Assembly: GCA_964392445.1 (NCBI GenBank) | Contig: CAYMPD010000026.1 | Location: 1 to 14,174 of the forward strand | Reading direction: 5' to 3' | DNA length: 14,174 nt | Origin: an uncultured archaeon | GTDB lineage: Archaea > Aenigmatarchaeota > Aenigmatarchaeia > CG10238-14 | Shown here: one piece after another, positions 1 to 8,400 of the stretch | Layout: each line of letters starts with the position of its first letter | How positions within the stretch are numbered: the first letter of the stretch is position 1 | Translations under genes and position numbers: made by a program | Notes under the pieces: model-generated | The model's database searches: none | What the model saw: the letters and a program-made list of their open reading frames with translations, nothing else | Told to the model about the DNA's origin: nothing

Positions 1-1
1 G

Positions 2-166
2 TCCAGACTCAAACCAACAATCGGTGGAAGAAGTATGTTGAGATAGAGCACCACCAACACCAGCCAAAACAACGCCCAAACCCACTAAGGCAGATTTAGA
101 AATTCTCCCTTCCTCAGAAAGTAGAAAACCGGAAACTTTCTTCTTAATCTTAGGCAATTTAACCAT
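2..166 (-). CDS. Putative His-Xaa-Ser system precursor peptide, 3'-truncated by the window edge and absent from the ORF track
   Basis: Manual translation from ATG at 166 gives MVKLPKIKKKVSGFLLSEEGRISKSALVGLGVVLAGVGGALSQHTSSTDCWFESG..., open to position 1. An SD-like AGGTG lies just upstream on the minus strand (172-176). It sits 42 bp downstream of hxsB on the same strand and contains H-T-S. Confidence 0.75.
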   Translation of the reverse strand, partial: MVKLPKIKKKVSGFLLSEEGRISKSALVGLGVVLAGVGGALSQHTSSTDCWFESG

Positions 167-208
167 TAATACACCTATAACTACTTTAGTTAAACTTCTA
201 TTTAAAAG

Positions 209-1642
209 TTAAACTCCTTCCTTAGATAAGGACCACTTGGTTAATATATTTCTTTGTTCTGGGGAGAAAACAATCTTTTTCAACACATGTTCTAACATCG
301 ATCCTCTAATTTTACATTCATTATCCGCAGATATATTTCCTATTATTTTACCCTGTTGTCCATAAGTACAAACTAGACAAGACCCGCAAAAAGCTCTCCA
401 AACACAACTTTTACACCTAGTCAATAGACCTGATGAGGCACTGATGATTTCACCTACTTCAGGAGATAAAAACACTTCTTTGTAATCCTGTTCCCTCACA
501 TTCCCAATTTTAAATAGGTCAAAAGACCTAGCTTCATCACATGCATAAATATCACCTTTGTAATCATATGCACATTGAGATAATGCAGCACCACAAGGAA
601 ACCCCCAACACGTATAATTAGGATAATTTGTGGACATAAATTTCCTAGTTATTAGGACTGACATATTTTCTTTGAACTTCACTCCCTTTTTATTCAACTC
701 AAAAATATATTCCAGAATGGTTTTCCAGAAATTTACATATTCTTCAGGCGTATATCCAATTTTTTTCCATAAAGAGCGAGCAAACCCAGCATTGTTTAAC
801 TGTCTAATTCTTATTTTATCAAACCCTCTTTCAACATATTCATCCACAATTTCTTTTGGGTATTTTAAGGAAAATTTAGTGGTTGTTGGTAATGCGTTTA
901 TGTTATAGTCATATTCATTTTTGATAATATCAATCCAACGAACCACACTTTCATAAGAAGATTTATCTCCCAACAGTTTCCTATTTTTATCATGTAGTTC
1001 CTTGGGCCCATCTAACGATGTGCATAGGCTAACCCTATTTTCAATCAAATACTCGAGGATATCATTATCCATCAAAGATAAATTACTGACCATTATGAAA
1101 TTGAGATTCTTCTTTTCTTTTCGATTCTTTTCTTTTGCATATTCTATAATATATTCAACAACTGGGAAGTTTATCAGAGGTTCTCCTCCCTGAAATTCTA
1201 TACCTATCGATTTGGAGGGACATTGAAAAATAAAATCAACAACTTCTTTAGCAATATCTTCGTCCATATCAAACCCTTCAGCGTCAATAGGCTCAGATTT
1301 TGCATGACAATAAATACATCTGTGATTACATCTAAGTGTAGGAGAAACAATGTGGAGATTAACCGAATTGAAGAGAAAAGATTTCCTTGACTTGTAAGCA
1401 TTCACTATATTCTGTTTATTGTTTCCAGTTAGTATTATTCCACTTTTTTCCAATTTTTTAAATAAAATGGGGTTCTTTTGCAATCTTCCAAATCTAAGTA
1501 AATCATATTCTTTTTTCGAAAGAACAGCCCATCCACCGTGAATAGTAGAAACAAAAATATTTTTATCGTCAAGTTTTTTATGGGAAAATTCATTAATCTT
1601 ATAGTTTCCAATCCCAAAACGATCAAAATAACTTATAGCCAA
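209..1642 (-). CDS. hxsB: His-Xaa-Ser system radical SAM/SPASM maturase HxsB
   Basis: LHIVSPTLRCNHRCIYC (CxxxCxxC, 1307-1330), GGEP, SLDG. C-terminal SPASM-type cysteines PCGA...YDYKGDIYACDEAR...CKSCVWRAFCGSCLVC. The LHxVxxTLRC and PCGA/CDE[AG]R signatures match HxsB as I know the family. TTG start preceded by AGGTGA. Adjacent to hxsD-like genes. Confidence 0.85.
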   Translation of the reverse strand: MAISYFDRFGIGNYKINEFSHKKLDDKNIFVSTIHGGWAVLSKKEYDLLRFGRLQKNPILFKKLEKSGIILTGNNKQNIVNAYKSRKSFLFNSVNLHIVSPTLRCNHRCIYCHAKSEPIDAEGFDMDEDIAKEVVDFIFQCPSKSIGIEFQGGEPLINFPVVEYIIEYAKEKNRKEKKNLNFIMVSNLSLMDNDILEYLIENRVSLCTSLDGPKELHDKNRKLLGDKSSYESVVRWIDIIKNEYDYNINALPTTTKFSLKYPKEIVDEYVERGFDKIRIRQLNNAGFARSLWKKIGYTPEEYVNFWKTILEYIFELNKKGVKFKENMSVLITRKFMSTNYPNYTCWGFPCGAALSQCAYDYKGDIYACDEARSFDLFKIGNVREQDYKEVFLSPEVGEIISASSGLLTRCKSCVWRAFCGSCLVCTYGQQGKIIGNISADNECKIRGSMLEHVLKKIVFSPEQRNILTKWSLSKEGV

Positions 1643-1756
1643 AATATCACCTACTTATTTATTTTTTATATCACTTAAAGTAGATATATTTACAGGTAAT
1701 TGATAAGGAATAGGAAGAGATTAAAGAAGAGATATTATCTGTTTTGAAAAATAGGA

Positions 1757-1996
1757 TTAATTGTTCTTGACGGTTGCCAAAACGTAATTATAAAATTCAT
1801 CCTTTAACTTTTCCCCATCAATTTTCCCTTTTTTTGGTAGTAATATCGCAGATGTTGACTCATCAGAGCCATCAACAAGAACCCAAAAGGATTCTGTATA
1901 AGCCTGTGCAGCTAATAAAATATGCTCTTTCTGAAATAATTTTGTGTCAAAATTGACTATAACCTTATTTTTGGACATTTCAGTCATCTCCTCCAT
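1757..1996 (-). CDS. hxsD: HxsD-like protein, short paralog; probable start ATG at 1978 (MSKNKV...)
   Basis: VNFDTKLFQKEHILLAAQAYTESFWVLVDG...LLPKK...KLKDEFYNYVL aligns with the core of the neighbouring HxsD-like ORF (VSVNPYFYNLDVVYSSLYNFLEDNYCKVDG...LKPKK...KLGRKFNNELI). Confidence 0.6.
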   Translation of the reverse strand: MEEMTEMSKNKVIVNFDTKLFQKEHILLAAQAYTESFWVLVDGSDESTSAILLPKKGKIDGEKLKDEFYNYVLATVKNN

Positions 1997-2432
1997 ACTT
2001 CTCTTCCCAAGGTATGTTTATCCCTTCTGGATCCTTTTCCCAGTCTTTCTCTACTTTTTTTTCTTCAACTGGCTGATGTGAGGTCAATGCTCTCTTGACT
2101 ATCTCTATTCTCATATCTTCAGTTTTTAAACCTCTGATATGGATAGAAGCATAATTAATTAGTTCATTGTTGAATTTTCTTCCCAATTTTTCCAAGTCCT
2201 TAACTTTCTTTTTAGGTTTCAATTCCACTAATATTTCATCGTTGGGATCACCATCAACCTTACAATAATTATCTTCTAGGAAATTATAAAGAGAAGAATA
2301 AACAACATCCAAATTGTAGAAATATGGATTCACAGAAACTATGACTTTTTTGGGATGTAATTCTATGTTCTCTATCATTTTTATTTTAGGTTCTTTTTTC
2401 TTCTTAGTCTTTTTGGACTTTTTCTTAGCCAT
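1980..2432 (-). CDS. hxsD: His-Xaa-Ser system protein HxsD-like
   Basis: HxsD-type pattern Y..dvv..s.Y.F.....v.l.....i.V.L.PK....l...F.NEL......i...T..iR..Iv..AL. Lys-rich N-terminus and acidic DPEGINIPWEEKY tail. Located next to hxsB. Confidence 0.7.
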   Translation of the reverse strand: MAKKKSKKTKKKKEPKIKMIENIELHPKKVIVSVNPYFYNLDVVYSSLYNFLEDNYCKVDGDPNDEILVELKPKKKVKDLEKLGRKFNNELINYASIHIRGLKTEDMRIEIVKRALTSHQPVEEKKVEKDWEKDPEGINIPWEEKYGGDD

Positions 2433-2446
2433 TTTACTCTAACCTA

Positions 2447-2457
2447 TTTTATTATAA
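2447..2457 (+). promoter_or_regulatory. Candidate archaeal TATA box in a 43 bp divergent intergenic region
   Basis: TTTTATTATAA lies 19-29 nt upstream of the ATG at 2476, which has no SD. This fits a leaderless transcript. The region is AT-rich, so specificity is low. Confidence 0.3.
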
Positions 2458-2475
2458 GATTTCATATTTTTATCT

Positions 2476-3606
2476 ATGTTGTTAACTGACCCAATTTTTT
2501 TAGGAATATTGATCTTTGGAATTTGGACTTCTTATACTGACATTAAAAACGGGAAAATTAAGAATTTAACTGTTTTTCTTATTCTTATATTTGGTTTAGG
2601 TATAAATCTTTATTTGGGAACTGACATATTGCGAATGTTATTGAATTCTCTAATATCTCTAATTATTGCTTACTTATTATGGGATTTTGATTTTTGGTCG
2701 CCTGGAGATGCCAAGTTATTTTTTGCTTTTACTTTCTTGTTTCCCATAAAAATTTACGAATTGGGAATAATCTCATATTTTCCCTCTTATGTAATTTTAA
2801 TAAACACTTTCGTCCCAGTCGCAGTATTTTCTATCTTTTATTCGATAATTAAGTTAAAACCAAGGTTCCTCAAAGAAAAAATAAATGAGTCATTCTCCCC
2901 CTCATCAATTTCAAGTATAGTCGTCTTTATTGTCGGATTTTCTGCTCTTTTTCAGGTTATAAATATACTTTTTGACGTGAACATTAACCGAATTTTTCAA
3001 ATAATTTTAATGCTAGTAATAGCTGAAAGTTTAAATAAATTCAAAAAATTGTATTTCAATATATTTTCAATACTAATTATCATTTTGTCAATTATAATTT
3101 CCCCATTTAGTATATTGAGCATCGATTTTTTGATCAATCTTCTGTATACATTCCTATTATTCCAGATTTTACGTTTACTTCTGGTGAACCTGGATGAATT
3201 TTTACTCAAAAAGGAGGTCCATATTGAAAACTTGAAACCCGGGATGATACTTGGGGAGCATATAATAAAGAGGGATGGTGAATATGTGAAATATAATAGA
3301 CCAATAGTAACATACTTTGACTTTATAAGAACTGTGAGGAAAAAGTTTTCAGCAAAATTCACAGGAAAGTTATCAGAGGAGGATGTAAATAAGATACAAT
3401 CTTTAAGGAAGAAAGATAAATTAAAATTCGACAAGATAAAAATCTCTAAAACTATCCCATTCGCACCTTTTATTTTCATTGGAATGGTACTAACTTACTT
3501 ATTGAGAGGTAGCATATCCACAATTTTGGCGATTATTATAGGAAAAATCGGCTTATATCTAAATATAATCTATTATAAACTACTTATAGAATTTGGATTA
3601 ATTTAA
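2476..3606 (+). CDS. A24-family prepilin/prearchaellin-type aspartyl peptidase with an archaeal C-terminal domain (EppA/FlaK-like)
   Basis: Polytopic membrane protein. First Asp in SYTDIKNGKIKN, second Asp in WSPGDAKLF (variant of GxGD.KL). Soluble insert KEVHIENLKPGMILGEHI, then the C-terminal IPFAPFIFIG typical of A24 peptidases. Confidence 0.8.
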   Translation: MLLTDPIFLGILIFGIWTSYTDIKNGKIKNLTVFLILIFGLGINLYLGTDILRMLLNSLISLIIAYLLWDFDFWSPGDAKLFFAFTFLFPIKIYELGIISYFPSYVILINTFVPVAVFSIFYSIIKLKPRFLKEKINESFSPSSISSIVVFIVGFSALFQVINILFDVNINRIFQIILMLVIAESLNKFKKLYFNIFSILIIILSIIISPFSILSIDFLINLLYTFLLFQILRLLLVNLDEFLLKKEVHIENLKPGMILGEHIIKRDGEYVKYNRPIVTYFDFIRTVRKKFSAKFTGKLSEEDVNKIQSLRKKDKLKFDKIKISKTIPFAPFIFIGMVLTYLLRGSISTILAIIIGKIGLYLNIIYYKLLIEFGLI

Positions 3607-3619
3607 TTTCGGGATTCGA

Positions 3620-4510
3620 ATGAAAGTCTTGAAGAAAACTTTTAATAGCATAAGGGAAATTAAACCCCTCTCTGGGTTAAATATAGAGAAAATATTACTT
3701 TCATCTCCCTTTTCAATAGTCAGATTAAATGACGCTTCCATAGGTTCCGCAATAAACTATGATAATCTGTTAAATCCAAAAACGGGCTATCAAATTAAAT
3801 TGAGGGAGGAAAAATTCTACTCTGAGGTTCAAGATGATCCCCTATTATGGAATACGCTCGTTGGTGAAAAAGATTTACTTTCCACCTCTTTAAAAGTTTC
3901 TATTTTGAGCGCATTATCTCAAAATTTATTTACAGGTGACTTATTAAGTAAATTTGGAATAAGACTAGAAAGGACAAACTATTCAAATGAATTTGATGGG
4001 GATTTCCAATACTCGGTCCGATCTATAGTGGGAGAGCCAAAAAATACTTTGATTATAGGCGAAGGTGGAATATATCCTTATTATGTCCTAAAAATGAATA
4101 TCCCAAAAGTGACGGTATGTGATATAAAATATAGAGATATTCACCAATTAAGAAAATCTGAGAGGGAAGCTGATCTTCTTATTAGAAAATTTGGTTTTGA
4201 TGGGGATTTGTCATTTATAGACGTCCAAGAAATAGATCACATTGAAAAATCAGTTGATGTTCTTTGGATAACCGGTTCTGTCCTTTGTAATAACACATTT
4301 AGAGAATTAGTGCCGTTATTTGGTAAAGCTAAAAAAGTAGTTTTACAAGGTCCAAGTTGTAGTATTTTTCCAGAACATATCCTTCAATCTGGAGTTACTG
4401 ACATTTTGACTACAATTAAATCCGAAAGGGAATTAGAATTGGGTCAGTTTAAGAGCACTAGAATCTATGATATAGTCGATAAGAACTATATTCATATGAA
4501 AAGAGTGTAA
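3620..4510 (+). CDS. DUF364-like Rossmann-fold protein (putative heavy-metal chelation family)
   Basis: The C-terminal DVLWITGSVLCNNTF...VVLQGPSCSIFPEHILQSGVTDI matches the DUF364 pattern (iTGstlvNgT...vvl.GPSas..p..lf..Gv). There is also a Gly-rich LIIGEGG loop. Confidence 0.65.
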   Translation: MKVLKKTFNSIREIKPLSGLNIEKILLSSPFSIVRLNDASIGSAINYDNLLNPKTGYQIKLREEKFYSEVQDDPLLWNTLVGEKDLLSTSLKVSILSALSQNLFTGDLLSKFGIRLERTNYSNEFDGDFQYSVRSIVGEPKNTLIIGEGGIYPYYVLKMNIPKVTVCDIKYRDIHQLRKSEREADLLIRKFGFDGDLSFIDVQEIDHIEKSVDVLWITGSVLCNNTFRELVPLFGKAKKVVLQGPSCSIFPEHILQSGVTDILTTIKSERELELGQFKSTRIYDIVDKNYIHMKRV

Positions 4511-4551
4511 ATATTAATAATCCGTCAATGTAATTAATTATTGGTGAGGTT

Positions 4552-4833
4552 GTGAAACTAATTCCCAGGAAAAGATTGGTCCTATTGACCGTGTTCCTGA
4601 TAGTAATTTTTATCTGGATGTTAGTTTTATCGAATTTAGATATATATCAAATACAAATTTATATGAACAATAGACCATCTGACGGGGATTCTAAGAGAAT
4701 TAAGAGATGCTTTAGTCTAGAATCGAGTTTTGATTGTGTTTCCAATCGAGTTATTTCTGGATATTATATAAAGGCGATAACTTACAAGAATAAGGAAGTG
4801 ATTAGTGAAAATAACTGGGAAGTAGTCGAATGA
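4552..4833 (+). CDS. Small hypothetical membrane-anchored protein
   Basis: GTG start with GGTGAGG SD. Basic N-terminus plus a hydrophobic helix, two Cys. Its stop overlaps the next start (ATGA, 4830-4833). Confidence 0.6.
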   Translation: MKLIPRKRLVLLTVFLIVIFIWMLVLSNLDIYQIQIYMNNRPSDGDSKRIKRCFSLESSFDCVSNRVISGYYIKAITYKNKEVISENNWEVVE

Positions 4834-5375
4834 CTAAGAATTATAAGTGTGAGATATGTGAAAAGAAGTTTTCTAGTAAAAGAGGTTTAGCTATACATAA
4901 GGGAAAAGTTCATAAAAAAAGAGGATTTGCAAAGATCAAAACCAATAGGAAAAAACTTTCAGTTTTGATTTTCCTTTTTTTAGTTTTATTATTTTCCATT
5001 CCATTCTTGATTTCCATTTATAAAAAAATATTCCAAAACTCTATAATAAAAATTCATTCTCCTCTGAATAAGACTTATTTTCAGAAGGAAATACCTATCC
5101 ATGTTTCTTGTGGAGATGAACCTTGTTTATGGATTAAGCACAAAATTGACGATGGGATATTATCAAAGATTACGTGTGGAGAAGGAGAACCATGCGTATT
5201 AATGACTGAAACAGATGAATATCTTTTTGTAACTAGTTGCACAGAGTGTTATAGTTTTAACTTAACTGGGATTGAATTTAGTGATGGTTCTCATTCAGTA
5301 GATGTTAGAGTTAAAGATTATGATGGAAGGGAATATGATTCCAAAGTGACTTTTACTATCAGATGTCAACATTAA
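4830..5375 (+). CDS. C2H2 zinc finger + transmembrane helix + extracellular Ig-like domain protein
   Basis: CEICEKKFSSKRGLAIHKGKVH (C-x2-C-x3-F-x5-L-x2-H-x4-H, 4848-4913). Basic stretch, then TM LSVLIFLFLVLLFSIPFLISIY. Ig-like IHSPLNKTY...GSHSVDVRVKDYDG...VTFTI. Confidence 0.75.
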   Translation: MTKNYKCEICEKKFSSKRGLAIHKGKVHKKRGFAKIKTNRKKLSVLIFLFLVLLFSIPFLISIYKKIFQNSIIKIHSPLNKTYFQKEIPIHVSCGDEPCLWIKHKIDDGILSKITCGEGEPCVLMTETDEYLFVTSCTECYSFNLTGIEFSDGSHSVDVRVKDYDGREYDSKVTFTIRCQH

Positions 5376-5415
5376 TAATATATTAGAGAAATCCGAATAG
5401 TTTTATTAGAACTAT

Positions 5416-8400
5416 ATGTTTAATTTGAATTATAAAAAACTGACTTTTTTTGTATCTTTGTTTATTTTTCTTATAATTTTGACGGGTCTTGTCTATTCTG
5501 CATGTGGCAGCCACTGGGTAGTTAAAATAAAAGTCTGGGTCGAAGGTGGACCTTCTAATACTTGCACTGTAGATAATGAGGGTACATCTCCAATCTGCTC
5601 AGTATCTTATTCTACGCCTGGAGAACATACAGGTCGTGCTGAGAGTTATGATCGAGCTGATAAAGTATGTAGTTCAGCTAGTACTTCTTTTGAAATCTGT
5701 CCTCCTCGATGTAGTTATCAAGAAACCAGTCAATCAGCAATTGATACTTATTGTGAAGCTATTGGATTTTCTTGTGATTATGGATATGTGAACCCAATGA
5801 CATGTTATAGTGGTGAAACCTGTCCCAGTTGGAAAAATTATGGGTTAGATTGTAACCCACCTTATTGTAATTGTGAATGTTGTGAATGTGATGGAGAAGT
5901 TAACTTGTGCACTAATAATTGTGATGTGGATTGTGGTGCTGAGTCTGCTTGTGATGAGAAGAGCCCTGGAGAAAATATAGGTTATTGTAACAAAGGTGGT
6001 TGTAGTGCTATTCATGACAAATGTGACAGTAATTGTAATGTGGTTGATAGATCAGACATGACTTGTAGAAAGACTGGGGTTTCGGATTGTACTGGAGCTG
6101 CTGTATGTGATTTGGTGACATCAGGAGATGATATCCCGTATTGTGACAAGGGTGGGGAAACATATTTCGGGGATAAATGTCAGGATTGTACTTGTCAACC
6201 TGTTGATAGAGGGGATAATATATGTAGATCTTCTGGGTCTCTCGGATCAAGTGATGGGTGTACTGCTCATTCTGAATGTAATGGTAAAAGTCCTGGTGAT
6301 GCTTGGGAAGGGAATATTTGGATTTATGACGCATGTAAATGGTGTGATTCTTCCTGTGGTCTTGACTATGAACTAAAAACAAATGTTAATAATTACTACA
6401 CTTCAGGATCTACATGTTATTATAATTGTGATCTTGTTTGTCGAGAGGGTGGATATGTAAGGGAAAATTGCGACAGTTGTAATACGGGTGAATGTTGTGA
6501 ATGTAGTTCTTCTGGTTGTTCGCCTGACAATACTCAATGTGATGGGGATTGTAAAAGTGATTGTAGTTGTGAAACGTGTTATGATGTTTGTCTTAATGAA
6601 GGGTATTTTGGGGCATTTTGTAGTTCAGATAGCAATTTTTGCAGTAATTTTCCTCTCTGTCTCTGGGGTTATTGTTACTACGACTGTTTTCGTCAATCAA
6701 ATAGTTATGACTGTGGGGACTATTGTTATTGTTATAATTACGAAGAATGTGATTGTGACACGATGAATTGTGTGGATGGTTCAGGGTGTATTGCTGCCAC
6801 AACGACGACAACTACTACAACTACAACTACAACGACTACGACTACTACCACAACAACGACAACAACCACAACTACTACCACAACCACAACGACAATTTGT
6901 GAATGTTCAGTAGATTCAGATTGTGACTCCACTTGCTATTGTAGTAGTGTATATGAATGTTCCTGTTATCTGAGCTCGACTTGTGATGGTTGTAATTGTG
7001 TAAGTGGTAATACTTACTTCTGCGATAATTCCTGCACAGATTTATGTGACTCAGGACAGTGTTCAGAATGTGCATGTGTACCAACTACTACAACGACCAC
7101 TACAACAACTACTACTACAACAATCCAGTCCATCTTATCCTTAACTCCAGAATCTGGACCCCTAGGATATACTGTAACTGCAGACGTCCCAGATGATTCA
7201 TATAAAGTATGTGATTATCAAGGTTGTTCTGGGTCAAATTGTGATGGTACATTAATAAGAACTGGAGATGGGACTTTTTCCGCACCATCGGCTGTGGGTA
7301 CCTATGAATATTACGCCTGTCCTGGAGAGGGTTATGACTCTATAACTGTGAACTGTGGCTCAAACTGCGAACCTAATCACTGTGTTTCCCCTGATTGTAT
7401 ATGTCCTTTTGGAGAGGGAGATTGTGATGTTAATGATGATTGTAATCCAGGGCTTATTTGTGGTATAGATATAGGTGATGATCCATTGTTTGGTTGCTCT
7501 GATATTCCTGAAGGAACTGTTGATGTTTGTGTAGAATGTACAGATCATTCGGATTGTCTAGGAACCGAAGGAATTGATATTTGTTGTTTAAATGACCAAA
7601 TCACTAAAGATGTATGTGAGTCTTCGGGAAAATATAGATGTCTAACAAATTGTACAGCAGATAATAATTGTACACAGTGTGCTTGTGATGCATCAGACTC
7701 AGATGGGGGTATTGATTATAGTAACCAAGGTATCTGTACAGACTTCAAAGGATGTAATTTAACTTTAGCAGTTGACGATTGTCTCCCTACTGATAGTTTT
7801 ACAGATTATTGTCTGAAAACAGCTCCTAATTGTACCATAGATGGATGTACTTGTGGTTATAATGTTACCGGCGGCGACACTTGTATAGACGAGAGTTGGG
7901 ATATGTTTGGAGGAGAAACCATTTATGGTGATTGTTGTTATTGTTGCCAGTGTTGTTATTGTGAAAATTTTATCACCGGAGATAGAGTAACTTGTGGAGA
8001 GGATGGTAGCTGTCCTGTAGGTTACAATTCTATAAGAGATAAATGTCTTGATGATGGTACATGTCTTGATGATCCATCTAAGCCTTATAATAATATCAAA
8101 TCTAGCTGTAACCAAGATGGGACATGCCCAAGTATTGATGATGAACTTAATATAACCTATGAGTCTCAATGTGGTGAATACGTTTTCGAGCATTTTGTAT
8201 CTGGTTCAGGTGATGATGCTTATTGTCCAAATGAAACAGATCAGAGTTATAATTGTTTAGAGTATGGTTCCAATTGTTATTGTCAAAATGGGGCTTGTGG
8301 ATGTCCCACTCCTGGAGATTATGAGAACTGTGAGAGCTGTACAAATTCTGGTTATGAATGGTGTGATAATCCAGGGACCTGTTCAAATGACTGTACACCA

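Noticed and set aside
1643-1756. Possible regulatory repeat (ATATCAC twice) or small ORF between hxsD and hxsB
   Set aside because: One copy is simply the complement of the hxsB SD (GTGATAT). A 7-mer repeat in AT-rich DNA is not significant, and I found no credible ORF there.
630-1956. Short ORFs 630..908, 1002..1193, 1204..1401, 1435..1626 and 1774..1956
   Set aside because: They overlap hxsB or hxsD in other frames or strands and have no recognisable motifs.
2997-3479. 160 aa minus-strand ORF
   Set aside because: It is antisense to the A24 peptidase.
5416-5505. Lipoprotein lipobox at VYSA-C in the giant protein
   Set aside because: The -3 residue is Tyr rather than L/V/I, and Cys is abundant in this protein. 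A signal peptidase I site (VYS|A) is the simpler reading, though not proven.
6738-6932. Minus-strand poly-Val ORF
   Set aside because: It is the antisense shadow of the poly-Thr tract.
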